A stretch of 64,000 nt of DNA. Source: Lingula anatina (taxonomy: Eukaryota > Animalia > Brachiopoda). Both the position numbers and the translations under genes were made by a program. This document shows, piece by piece, positions 24,929-38,033 of the stretch. Under the pieces are notes generated by a model. The model was given only the letters and a program-made list of their open reading frames with translations. It was not told where the DNA came from and did no database searches. Position 1 is the first letter of the stretch. Each line of letters opens with the position of its first letter. The stretch spans positions 19,406,001 through 19,470,000 of the forward strand of contig CM120641.1 in the NCBI GenBank assembly GCA_051362555.1, in the 5' to 3' direction.

Positions 24929-27900
24929 TTATAATGACAGAAACAACAGGGATAGTCTGTTTACTTATTTGATAGTAATTTCATTGAGTGTGCTTTTGAT
25001 TGTTATTTTTATGGAATATTAATAAATTCTGACCTTGGCAGGTTTAAATGTATTTTTACAAGGGAGCTACTTTCTCATTTAGGGTGCATTTTTGAAGCCT
25101 GGAATATTTGATGAGATTTTGCCTTTGTGTGAGAAAACCAGTGAGTTAATCAACGAAGTCTTCATCAACCCTGAGGCAGTGATGACTAAGTTTGTGCTCA
25201 ACATTTATCACAGAACACTTCAGGTATCCTGGTAACATTTTCTTAATTTTTGCATTTTGGTTTTTTTTTCGAAGATTCAAATTTTTGCCATTTTTCATGA
25301 AGGTATTATTTGGCTACATTTTATATAAAGATATTGAAATTGTCATTGATCACTGTCTATGTTGAATCATGTTGAAACATAAAGTATTCCAATGATAAAG
25401 ATAAATATTATAGTAATATTATAGATAAATTTGAAAAATAACAGTTTGATAACCATATCAAATGATTAATTGACTAAAAATCACATTACTTGACATTTTT
25501 TGCCTTTTGTTTAGGAACACATAACAAGCAAGTTAACTCACAAAGATGATGCTGAGGAATATTTAAATAATTTATATGATCTTTATACAAGGTCAGTGAA
25601 CATAAAATTGATCAGTTTTATAGTTATTCGAAATATATATGTATATATGAATGTGATAGATCATATAAACTAACCATAACCACAGTGATATATAGGAGTA
25701 TTTAGTATTGATTGATATGCAAAGAATAATAAGATATTAAGGTTTTATCAGGAATTTTTCTCATCTTGAGTTACAAAACACCCAAAGGAGTTCTTTTTTT
25801 ACTGTATTTCTTTATATCACAGTCTCCACTGTAATGTTGCTTGTTAAGCTTAAAATTCTGCTTACATTTTGTAGGACAGTACAGCTCTCCAAAGACCTAT
25901 CTACTCAGCTGACTATGGGAAGTGATACATCATTCCTACAAAAGTCTTTGAAAAGTTTATTTGGACGTTATTTAGACACTTACATAAGGTAAATTAAAAC
26001 ATTTCATAGAGGATTTCAGTGATTATTTTCACATCATAGTTCTGACTATTGCTTAATATATAATAGATGATTTAAAACAGATTGCATCTTTCTCTCTCAC
26101 TCTCTGTCTCTCTTTCATGCACAAGTACACGCATGTACACTTTTTTACAACTAATGGGCAGACCACGCAAATTGTTATCCTTTTGCTTCTGTTATAGTGT
26201 TGAAATGCAGTTTCTGAAGGAAAGGCTAGCAGCTGTACTTCAGAGGTACTATGATTCCAAAAGTCACCAGAAGAGACAAATTCAAACAGGAACGTAAGTT
26301 ATTGTTTACATGCACCATAGGTTGAGTATATTTTTGAATGATTTTGCTGAATATGAACATCTTCTAGCTGTAGGTATTAAAAGGCTCATTAAACATGTTT
26401 TGCAGAGGTCTATTTTATTATGATATTTACTATATAGCCTATCTCAGACTGGATGAAATATTTAGAAATTCTTAGTTTATTAGGCATTTGTGATGAAAAC
26501 TACAGTTAAGATTGGATACAAATAGTGAATACCTAATTTAAACATTGGGTTTTGATGCCATATGGTTTAATTTAATGGCATCATAAATGAGTTGTTTTTC
26601 AGTTGTCGATTGTAGAAGAGGGGAAGGGTAAAATTGTATGTTTAAATGGAAAGTGAAAAAATTTATGTTGACATTTTAGAACTTGAGTCATATTGGTTCA
26701 GTAGTGAGTACTATATTTGAATATCATCTCATAAACTTTACCAGTTTTTTACCAGTTTTTTATTTTTATTTTTTAGCATGCATGATTTCCGTAGAGAAAT
26801 GCAAGCTAAAATGAATATCAACATAGGAGCACCCACAGAAAATTACAGCGGAGAAACATTCTTATCACACGAGGTGGCGATCAATGTCTTGCAGGAATCA
26901 AAAATGGCATTTAAAAGGTGTCAAGCAGTAAGTATGCACTGTATTATTTATTTGTTAATTTGTTTATTTTTAGTAGAAATTGCTTGAGGTATATCAGAAC
27001 TAAGATATTTATTGACGGAAAACTTTGGAATAATGAAGTGGCATTATACATTTCAAAAGGCTACAGAAAAATATGAAAATGCAGTGACAAGAGCATAGGG
27101 TTGAGAAAAATCGAGACATTTTGTCCTCAATTATTGGTTAGAGATGGAACAATATTATAATAAAAATACTTTAAAAGGTTGTTAACTATTGAATAATCGT
27201 TTTCAATCTTTTTTTCTGTTCACTTAAATGCAAAATGTAAAATATTTAACGTGAGACAGATGTGTCTAGTGAAAAGTGTCAGAACGAAATAGTCAGTTGA
27301 AATAAGAATGAGTCAATATGGCTTTCCATTTTACAGCTCTCCAGTCAGTCAGAAACATCAAACAATGCAGTGAAGGTGTTTGACTGCCTGGTGCAGTATC
27401 TGTGTATAGAACACATTGATTATGCTATTGAGCTGGGACTGCAAGGTAAAGATAATTTCGCAGTCAAGTAAAATGATATAGATGAAAAATAATGATAATG
27501 TCATTTTGAGATTATAATTGTAGTGGGATGTTTGTATTCTTTTTCTTCTCATGTTATAATATCTTGTGACTGAGTTAATTTTTGTTATCTTGGATAACAT
27601 TAAAACTTGATTATATTTTGTTTCAGCCATTCCCCTGCCAGAGCCAAAGAGCACACCAGACACATATTTCTTTGCTGTAGTTGGGGATTCAAACACAATA
27701 TTTCACTTGTTTGAGAAACAGTTTAATGACAACTTGGTACCACTAATTAGGTAGGATGTGAATTATCCTGCTTATATGCTACATTGTCTTAACCATTTAT
27801 GTTAAGGACAATTGCAACTTTTTATTACCTCTGCAAGCTGTTAACATGTACATGTATAAACACTTATTCTTTAGTCACAATATGTTATCACAATGTGAAA

Positions 27901-29713
27901 TTGTTGATATTGTATTTCCTTCAATACAAAGGCAGCTATGAAATTAGTTTAAAATAATTAGATATTCATTGTATTTCAATCAATTTCCAGTTCTTCCCCA
28001 AGGCACAGTGAATGTTTGCAACGAAAGCGGGAGTTGATGGAGCAAATGGAGAACAAACTAGATATTGGTCTGGACAGGTAGGAACCTTGTATTCGGACAT
28101 GAGATAAGATTAAATGCTTTGTAAGTTGAATAAATTATGGGAACAATTTAACAAAAATATAGGCAGATTGAGACCGTCTTCTGGAAGACAGTCAGATTTT
28201 CAAGTTTACATTGACGGGTATCTAATTTTTTTTGGTCAGAAGACGGTCAAAAATGGAGGATGGATCAACAAGGATAATTTGGAAGACTGTCAGAAAATAT
28301 CTCTGGATATTCCCCTGAGAAGCATTTTTATTTGTAAACTAAATCAGACACTTTTATGGGAGCATTGCATGATGAAATGTCATTCATGTTTGATTTTTGT
28401 TAAGAATCCTTTATTTTCAAAAAATACTGAAATTAGAATTATTCCCTTCTCAGGACCATCCAGGCAGTGGTTGGTTGGATCAAGTATGTCCTGTCTACTG
28501 AACAGAAGCGGACTGACTTTAAGCCAGAGAATGAGGAGGCTCCAATGTTAATGTATTCACAGGTAGGATCAAACTGGATAGATCAATCAAACTAGAGACC
28601 TCTAAATTGAGAATTTTTTTAACTACATAAAAATTACAGATATGATATGCTATGTATCTGATGTTTTTAAGTGGTATTAAGTTTCAAATCTCTTGAAATA
28701 ATAAAACACATATACACACAGGTCATAGTTATAGATTCTGTACTGTAATGATGTAACCATTTCTTTGTGTTTGAAATGGGTATAGAGAAAATGAATATCA
28801 AATTTAAGGTGCTATAATTGATCATGTTCCAGCCAAGTCCCAACTCTTTGCAAAACATTGAATTCTTGCACAGTCACTTCTTCATCTTTCCAGCACAGCA
28901 ACAATTGAAAAAGTATAAAATGATTGTTTTTTCTTTGGAATCTTATTTATTATAAAGTTCACATAACTCATCATGTTTTTTCCCTTGCTCTTGAAGGCAT
29001 GTATTCAGGTAGTGAAATATGTACACGGTCTGCTTAGAGGGATTAGAGAAAGTCTTGACGGAAAGAACCTGGAAGCTGTCCTCACTGAACTTGGCATACG
29101 CTTTCACAGAGTGGTGTATGAGCACTTACTACAGTTCCAGTATAACTCATTGGGTCAGTATATTGCCTTTGCAGGATATTTGGTTTTAAAATGTTGTCAT
29201 GTATAAAATGGGTAACCTCTTTTCAGAATAATTCCTCACTTTCTAATTTGGAAAGGTTCTAATTGAAAGTATTCACAAGGCTTTGATAATATATAAGAAT
29301 ACTTTGTATTTAGTATTAGTTTAAAAAGCTAACTTCTATAGGCATAATTGTAAACTGAGACCAAAATCTTTAAAGTGACTTACATTTACTCATTTACTTC
29401 TTTCATGTGGATGATTTTTGAAGTATGAATTTCATCTGGTATTTATGAATCAGTAACATTTTCAGGTGCTATGTTGGCTATCTGTGACGTGAATGAGTAC
29501 AGAAAGTGTGTTAAGGAATTTGGTGTTCTTCTGGTTACGCAGCTCTTTGACACCCTCCATTCCTTGTGCAATCTGCTGGTGGTTGTACCAGAGAACTTGA
29601 AGCAAGTGTGCACCGGCGAACATGTGGCGGGGCTGGACAAGAATGTCATGATGACTTTTATACAGTTGAGAACAGACTACAAGACAGCAAAGCTGGCAAA
29701 CCAGTTTAAATGA
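22136..29713 (+). CDS. EXOC5: Exocyst complex component 5 (Sec10)
   Basis: Exons ~22136-22159, 22792-23031, 23192-23404, 23635-23702, 24052-24080, 24254-24363, 24527-24570, 25083-25223, 25515-25591, 25875-25988, 26198-26293, 26777-26927, 27336-27445, 27627-27750, 27991-28077, 28453-28562, 28997-29153, 29466-29713. Peptides: DPFNPEEFVERLAW; LDEQINFVATKVVHLGDLLEGANIPRTR; ETFLSHEVAINVLQESKMAFKRCQ; LSTEQKRTDFKPE; SLDGKNLEAVLTELGIRFHRVVYEHL; GAMLAICDVNEYRKC; FIQLRTDYKTAKL. Confidence 0.96.
24885..24923. repeat. (TA)n microsatellite
   Basis: Pure TA run; similar runs at ~49967-49994 and ~51952-52013. Confidence 0.9.
28163..28320. repeat. Dispersed repeat fragment, second copy at ~50515-50660
   Basis: Both copies share GATTGAGACCGTCTTCTGG...AAAATGGAGGATGGATCAACA...CTGTCAGAAAATATCTCTGG. 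Confidence 0.7.
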
Positions 29714-31069
29714 ACAAGATCTTGAGCTTCCTTTCCGACCATCTTAAGCTCTGTCTGATATCATGTTGCCTCAAACAAGTTCCCTGTCAATTATCATTTG
29801 CTTTTTGGATGTTAAGTGGGAAGATAAGACATAATTTCAGTAAAGCATTTTAAAAATATTTCCACTGACAATTAAGGCTCCTAAAGGATGACCAGTACTG
29901 ATGTCTAGTCTCACTTTGCTTTATGCAGTACTGTTGGATGATCTTAGAGATAGTTCATGGAGTCATTCAAGGTGAACAGTTATATCTCTCTGTTTGTATC
30001 CAACGTGCAACATCCACTCTACTTGCCAAGCTCCTTGGGATGTTTTGGAGGTATTATTTCCCTTAAATTAGATGTGAAAATTTGACTGGCAACCAAATGC
30101 ACCAATGGCAGATTTGTAACACAGGGTATACAACTCTTATTGCTTATTGCGAGAATGTTCAACTTCTGCAACCTTGAAATTGTATATTTGTTGTTGCTAC
30201 AGCTATGTCATTGGTTTTGTGTAAATTGTCAAATTTTGACCATATTTCTAGTTATTGAAATTTTTCATTGCACAAATGGGAAGTTTGTACAGACACATTA
30301 AAAAGGGATGTTAGTTGCTTCCCTACATGTGAGGGACTAATTACTAACTTAAGGGTGCCTCTACCATACATCCTTTACTATATATGTTACCATCAAAGTT
30401 AACAGTGGAACAACTTGACTGTTTTAGAAATAAGTGGGCTTGAAGATGTTGTTATATGTGTTTGATATATTCAAGTTAATAGAAACCAAGTAAATAACAG
30501 AACTATTAATCTGTATTTATAGGCATATTAAAATTGTCTTGTGTTCCATAAAAATTTACATAGTTTTTAACTTCTGCCTTTTCACTTTAACATTATACCC
30601 TGGCTATCAGTCAAGTCTGTAGAGAACCCCTGCAAGCAGCGAATTTACATGATGTAATATCATGCCTTTTTGGCAGGTACACATCTATTACCTGAAGATG
30701 TTGACAATTTTTTCCAGTTTTTTGTTGCAGTCAAATATCTTCAAAGCCAAAGCATGTAACCCTTGACAAATAAGCAGTCATGCAAAAACTTTAAGAAAAA
30801 GATAATTCCACGCTGATAAATTTTTCATTAAATTTTTATTTTTTAATATATCTCTTATAATTTGTGTTAAAAAACTTTTAATAATTATTTATTTGGCCAA
30901 TTTTGATGCACTACTGCATAATGCTTTGAAACAGCATAATCACTCTTACACTCTTACATTCTGTACTGCAGGTATATAACTTGTTCAGTGAAAAACTAGC
31001 AAGTGATTCACTTTCATGGGCTATAAACGCCACTGAAAATGCTAATTTGTAAAAAATAAAATATTCAAA

Positions 31070-31300
31070 AAAAAAAATAATAATAATAAATAATAATAAT
31101 TACCGTAAATGTAAACTGATCAGGCCGATTTTCAAAAGCAACCTGCTTCTTTGCCGAACGAAGCCAGTCAATATAAATTAAAAGTAAAACAAAACTACGA
31201 TTTGGAAGTTATGGGGCGAACGTCACCAAAATTGTCCAATGATAATAATAATAATAATTACCGTAAATGTGAACGGACCCATGCCGATTTTCCGCAGGCC
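31070..31300. repeat. About 1.3 units of a ~160-bp satellite-like repeat with (AAT)n
   Basis: AATAATAATTACCGTAAATGT...GCCGATTTTC occurs at ~31090 and ~31250. Confidence 0.5.
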
Positions 31301-31655
31301 CCGATTCCCACGCCAAGGGGGGGGGGGGGGTCGCCTTCGGACCCATCCCCCTTCAAATAATCCTGGATCCGCCCCGTCCCATATATATAAACCTCAATGC
31401 TCCCACTAACCCTGACCTGTATACACTAAATTGGATTTCCAATCCTAGGACTACCGTTCCTGTCACACCTGTCTGAGTACGATGATCCTCTGAGACCGTC
31501 ACGCTGACCGTGGCCGTACAATATGTGGTTTCCAAATACAAAAGAGCCTTTGAGACTGTAAACAGGTTGTGATTAAGCGGCGAACATTATGCTGCATATC
31601 GTGCAAACTGTTGAAAGAGTTAAACTGAAAGTTACATCCTCCAATCCTGAGTGCA

Positions 31656-32612
31656 ATGGTCCAGAAAATCATCAGTGTGTTCGGTAAGTGATATTACACG
31701 GGAAAGTCCATAACTTACTGGCAGTGCGAGTACCGGTACAACGCAAACTGATTCGATATACCATCCCTCCCTCCCAATTTATGGGGAAATTTATATCAGA
31801 ATTATGCTCGATTTGGCCTTTGGCTCTCACGTTAATTGATCAGTTTTAAAATGTTCAAAGGCCAGCATGAGCAAGAAGACCTGACTGGCCATTCCATTTA
31901 AGTTTGTGAAAATTATGCAATAACATTTGTATGAAACGCCAAATTCCAAGTGCATGCAGAGGCAGGCGAGACGAGTCAGTTTTTTTTTTTTTTTTTCGAG
32001 TGAAATACAATTGGAAGATCACTGCCTCTTGGTGGTTACCTTTTTTCCCCAAGTTGAGCCCAGATACACTTTCCCTGAATTGCTATATTTCATTACGTGT
32101 ATTATGACTCAATCTCGACATTTCGGAGATCAAGTCATGGTGAATACCTGTATTTTAGGGCATTTCCTTCTCCTGCTTCTACCAAGTGATATTTTTTTTG
32201 TTCACTGTTTGCCAATAATTTTATTTCCCTAATCTTGATACTTTTCAATATCCAGGAAAACAACATATTCAACTTAACAGTTTGTGCACAAATGCAACTC
32301 CCAAAGCTTTTGTATCATCATGCAAACACACAACGAATGTGCCAAAGATTCATGTGGTGCCTGGCAGGGTAATGATGGATAAGAAGGTATGTGCAATAAA
32401 AGTGTTTGTGATTGGGAAAACGTGGTTCAAGCCCTAGAAGACTCAAACTAGTTACTATCTTTAGATGGCATGTCTTGTTTTTTCAGATCATTGTCTATGC
32501 AAACAGGATTGCAACAGGTTGTAAAAGCCTGGAAATAAAATACTTTCCAAATAAGCCCAATTAAAGTCTTGCGCAAAATAAAATAATAATAATAATAATT
32601 ATAATTATAATA

Positions 32613-32650
<38 letters not shown>

Positions 32651-35600
32651 TGTTTTGTCTTACTTTTGTATTGTTTTCTAAAATATGTTACTTTTGTATT
32701 TTGTTATTAATTATTAGTATTATTATTATTTTGTTTATTTGTATGTTTAACCATTTGAATTTGCTTCCCATCTAGGTTGAACTTCAAATCAAAGGTCTGA
32801 AATCTGGAGCTGCTGTTACAGTGAAGTCATTCTTGGAGGAGAGGGGGATGAAGTTTGGAGCTTATGCACATTTTATTGCCAACAGTAATGGAGAAGTGAA
32901 CACTGCCACGTTGCCATCTCTTGGTGGATCATATAAAGGTATAATAGCTTTTTTTGTTTAGGCAGGTAGCAGGATTTATTGTCTTATCATTGTCATATTA
33001 AAATTGCTCCTTAATAGGCCACTAATAGAGCTTTACAGCCAGCTTTCATGTGCAGCACATGAAAATCTAACTAAAGTGATAGAGCATTATATATGTAGAG
33101 CTATAGTCTTGGTGCTTTGCTATGTTAATTGAACATTTCCTTACAAATAAACTCATTTTTGTGGTTGAAATACTGTTCGTTGAAATCAAGAAATACTCAA
33201 AAGCAAGAAATACTCCATTTTATTCTTCCTGAATGTATGAATGTTGTAGTTATTGATGCAAATAAACCAAAATTTTGTCTAAGAAGAATGGCATATCATC
33301 TTTGGAAAAAAGAAAGACACTAATATATTTATTAACACAACTATATAAATTTCAGACAATTTTTTGGAATTAAAATATTATATGATTGTCATAAAAAATT
33401 TGGAAAAACAAAATATGGAAATAATGTTTTTATTTGCTCAAATCCAGGGACAGATGCAATGGGATTATATTGGAGTATGATACCAGAGCCTGGTCAGCGA
33501 GATGGACTGAGATTGATGAAGAAGGATGTTACAACACCCTACAATGTACATATATCATTGCTCAGTGGGCACATTGACCCATACTCTCCAAACAGCGGTA
33601 AAGTTCAGGTCCCAGTAGGTGAGACTAATATTGAAAGACTTTATATGGCTGATAATGTGGAAAGAATACCAGTTAGAGAAGGAGCTTTACGGGGAGCACT
33701 TTTTGTTCCAAAAGGTACTATTTTAAACATGTTCTTAGCTTCTGTCAAAGTAGATCTATTTATATTCAGGCTTTGTTAAACCACATTTATTAATTTTTTG
33801 TTCCTCCATGGAGCGCTCTTTATAGCAAAAGCTATTAATATTTATTATTGATTGATTTATTTTATATTTTGTATATGATAAAGGAACAATATGTATATAG
33901 CCTTTGCTAGAATTGAACAAATCAGCTTTTTGTTATCATTGTTTGATCTTCTTTATTATATTTTATCAGACCCAGGGCCTTATCCAGGTGTGATTGACCT
34001 GTTTGGAACTTCAGGTGGCTTGATAGAACACAGAGCTGCATTGCTTGCATCAAGGGGATTTGTTGTGTTAGCATTGGCATACTTTGCCTATGAAGATTTA
34101 CCAGAGACTCTTATGGATATAGACTTGACATATTTTGAGGTACATCTTTACAACAAGGGCTTACACTGTCAGTATTCGTTATAGATATCCACTTTTCTCC
34201 TTTTACTAAGGGCTGCATATGATTTAATTTTTATTTAAAATGTAAAACATTTATTATCTACTTGGCTTGTTCATAGGAAGGTGCGGAATGGCTAAGTCAC
34301 CATCCAAGTGTGACTCCAGGTGGTATTGGAGTGATTGGAACATCTAAAGGTGCAGAAATTGCTCTGCTTATGGGCATTCATTTTCCTCAGGTATGTATTT
34401 TTAGTAATACACAGTGCTATTTATCTATTAGTTATGGAGTGTGGGGTGGGGGAGAATAAATTCCCCTTTCTTGATATACATTGTCTGTCAATGATTAACT
34501 AAACAACTTTATTATCACTCAAAGTTGTAGTCTGAGAACTCAGTGAGAAGGACTATTTTAAAAAAAAGAGAGAGAGAATCTACAGGTTCTAATCTCATCA
34601 ACTCACATCTGCATGATTTCAGGTAAAAGCAGTAGTAAATGTCAGTGGACCAGCATACCTTACTACTTTTCATTTGAAGTTTGGGGATGCAATCTTACCA
34701 GCAGTACAGTAAGTAAATATATAAGTAAACATAACAATTAGTAACTTTACGTTTAAAATCCCATTGCATCTCTCCCTGGATAAAGGTAAACAAAACCATT
34801 GTTTCATATATTGTTTATCAAAATTGGTTCTAACAATCACAAGATAAAAACTGTCTGATGTAAATTTAAATGTTTTTTGAATAAAGTCTTTTTTCTAAAG
34901 TTATGTTGATGACTCTCATTTCTGATGTTCATGTGTATGTTTTAAAATTCTGAAAGTTTGACAGGAATGTTGACATTCTTTATTTATTTGACTGAAGTTT
35001 GCATGTCTTTTTCTTTCAAAAAATTATGATATTAGTCATTAAAAAATAAAAAAGGTAAAAAATTGTTAAATCCATTATTTCAGCCGAGATACTTCTAGAA
35101 TAATTATGAAAGAACATGGCATTTCCATCAAAGAATGCTACCAGGAAGGTATAAATGAAGATGTGTCTTTCAAGGTAATGATTCTTGATTCTTCTGAATC
35201 CAAAGTCAGCTGAGCGACATGTACAAATGGTTTATTATATATGATTATATATGATTAAAACTGTAATTGTATTCAGCTGTTATATACCTAACCATACACA
35301 CATGCCAACTATATAATTGATAATTTACTCTGAATATTACTAGTACATGTATCCAAATAATTACTTTTACTCAAGAATATGTGCTTTGTTTTAAAAAAGT
35401 AACCATTTGTAGCTCAGCTGACTTTGGATTCAGAAGAAAGCATTCAGGGATATGTTTGTGTTTTGAACATTATGAATTTGTTTCAACAGTACCGCATGTC
35501 TGTCCATATAAAATCCAAAAATTGCTGAATAATGCAGTATGTTAGTTGTGTTACTAATATGCACAAGCAACTATTATTAAGCTTTCACAGTTGAAAGGTA

Positions 35601-36225
35601 ATTAGTATAACAAAAAGTGAAATTTCCTTTTTTTTTTTCTTTTGAGGTGGAAAAAGTTGAGGCCCCTTTGTTGTTATTTTTTGGCAAAGAAGATCCAACA
35701 TTCGATGTTACCCAGAGTGCAAAAATGATTTCAGACAGGTTACAGTCTTATGGACACAAGGACTATGAGATCCATGTATATGAAGGGGCAGGACATCTTA
35801 TTGAACCTCCCTATGCACCTCATTGTAAAGGATCTTACCACAAATTATTTGGTATGCAAAGTTAATAATAGTTCATAAAGTGAAAGGTATAGGAACCAAA
35901 TTATTGGCATGAAATTTAAGTTTCTGTTAAACAAAGTTTGAGCTTGTTTGACTTATGGCTAACCAATTTTTGGAACAAATTATACAGTGTACAAACATGA
36001 CTTCTTAATTTTGTAATTTCAAATTTTTTAAATGTTATAATAACAAATCCATAGAGATTTGTATTTTTCCTCTTGAATATATTTACTTTTCTCCTGGTTC
36101 CAGGAACTAATATGGCATGGGGAGGAGATGCTCAGGCACATATCAAAGCTGAGGTCCATCATTGGAAGAGAACACTGGAATTCTTCAGGAAACATTTGTC
36201 TACCCCTTTTCCCTCTAGATTATGA
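31656..36225 (+). CDS. Type-I acyl-CoA thioesterase / BAAT / ACNAT-family alpha/beta hydrolase, copy 1
   Basis: Exons ~31656-31683, 32256-32386, 32776-32938, 33448-33714, 33970-34139, 34277-34390, 34623-34708, 35083-35174, 35647-35851, 36104-36225. Motifs: [18 protein letters not shown]; [29 protein letters not shown]; catalytic GVIGTSKG (Ser), GKEDP (Asp), [14 protein letters not shown] (His); WGG; C-terminal SRL*. Confidence 0.94.
32580..32650. repeat. (AAT)n/(ATT)n microsatellite forming an imperfect palindrome
   Basis: AAT run followed by a TTA run. Confidence 0.8.
35189..35438. mobile_element. MITE/inverted repeat just downstream of ACOT copy-1 exon 8
   Basis: TTCTTCTGAATCCAAAGTCAGCTGAGC ... 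GCTCAGCTGACTTTGGATTCAGAAGAA arms. Confidence 0.7.
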
Positions 36226-37261
36226 CAAGTACATCCCAATTAAAAAGTTCCATCAAGATTTGATCAGACATGTCTGAGAAAGTTTCATAGAAAATGACTA
36301 GCAGCATTCAGACATTAACCCAGCATTAAACCAGAGAAATGAAAATTGCAGTAATTGGACACAGATACTGGGAATAAAAATTGCAAATAATAAAGTATTG
36401 ATAAGAAAATGGATTATTTAATTGAGTCCCTGCATTTTCTAAAATTAGGTCAGAGAAATTCACAGCATTTCCTGTTCAGGTCACTTTTTCAAGTCACATA
36501 TAGTTCATTTCAAGAGATAACATTTCATTTTGGCGGGAAAAATGCCATACAGCAGATTTTTGGGGGTTAACTACAATATTTGCATACTTACCAATGGTTA
36601 ATGAATCAGTTCCGACATTCAAAGGTAGTTAACTGTTTTTTGATGTATTTTTGTAATAATCTCTTAAGAGATTATTATGGATGGTAGCCATTTATTGGAT
36701 CTATTAGGGTCCAGGTGGTCCAATGGCAAGCACAAATGTCACCATAGCCAAAAATTACTGTTTTGGTGGTAAAATGGAATTTATTATATTTCTGTGTGTA
36801 GTTTACAATGTATTTTTTTTTTTTTTTGGGGGGGGGGGGGAATATTTGCATCTCATATAAGGGGTTGTTAACCCTTAAAGTACCCGACTTATTAGTTTTA
36901 CCTTGTCTTCTATATTTTAATGCATTGACCTGACATGTTTTATAAAGAACAGCCAATGAATCATTATGACGAAGAATCTGCCAAAATTGCAATGGATTTC
37001 TGCTAGCTATTTGAGATATGGTAGATATCTGTGTAGATATTTTAGCACACAAAAACTAGTAAAAAACAAGAATCCTATTAGGTAATTATCAAAAGAAAGA
37101 AAATATGATCATACGTGGTTATATAGTGCTAAATTTGTCTCAGCACGGCATTTTTGGTAAAAAAGTTTAAAAAGGGAGACGTGAGTTACAGCACCTCGCA
37201 CCAAATGCTGCTGGTAATCCTCAAATTCAAGTATGACTGAGAACTGTTTACATAAAGTTTA

Positions 37262-37512
37262 AGACTGCGTTCCCATAAACCCATCGTACTAGCTGGACCA
37301 ATCTAACTCTGCAGGGCTTGTTGCTAAAGTGCTCTCAGTGTAATCAGCTTAATTGTCTGGTACACCCCCTTGAGTAACTGAGGGTAATTGAACATCATTA
37401 ATTACCCCCTATCAGTAGGCATGCCAGACATTTAAGCCCCTTACACTGAATGCAATTTAGCCAGAATCCCTGCAGAGTTAGATTGATCCAACTAGTAACA
37501 TGGGTTTATGGG
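37262..37512. mobile_element. Harbinger-like MITE; relatives at ~44272-44490 and ~53046-53370
   Basis: CCCATAAACCCAT...CTAACTCTGCAGGG and its reverse complement CCCTGCAGAGTTAG...ATGGGTTTATGGG. Confidence 0.65.
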
Positions 37513-37779
37513 TTTACTCCCTAATGTTTTTTCTGTCCTGAAGAACTTTAGCAACAACGATTTTGATGGGTATTTTTATCACTGCCATAGAAAAGACATT
37601 TTATTTTTTATATAAATAAATAAATATCATTTAATTATTTATAATATTTCAAAGTTTTTTGTTGTCGGTTCCCATTTCAACCAACCTGTTTTCAATTCGC
37701 TGCCCAGTCACTCATAATGTAACATGAAGAAAGTCCAAAACAAATACAAAAGAGTTTCAAAAATGAGAAGACTGACCAT

Positions 37780-38033
37780 GAGTGCATTCAGAACAGATGA
37801 TCCTAGGACCAGCTGAACCGCGGATCAAATATGGCCGACCCACTTAAAGCGCCTGATGGTCTCCCCACCTCCACCCACGTCTTCACTGCAAGGGTCTTAT
37901 AATTATACTGCAGAGCCGAGATTTAATCTGTTTAATGGTGCATATGGAGGCAGGGAGACTGTCAGGGAATTAAGCAGCTTCATTTTAGTCAGCGGACCAG
38001 TTAGTGTGCAGATAATCTGTTCAAAATGCGCTC
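37780..38033. mobile_element. MITE (GAGTGCATTCAGAACAG TIR); second copy at 44803-44985
   Basis: TIR GAGTGCATTCAGAACAG ... CTGTT(C/T)(A/T)(A/G)AATGCGCTC in both copies; shared core GGGAATTAAGCAGC. Confidence 0.65.
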
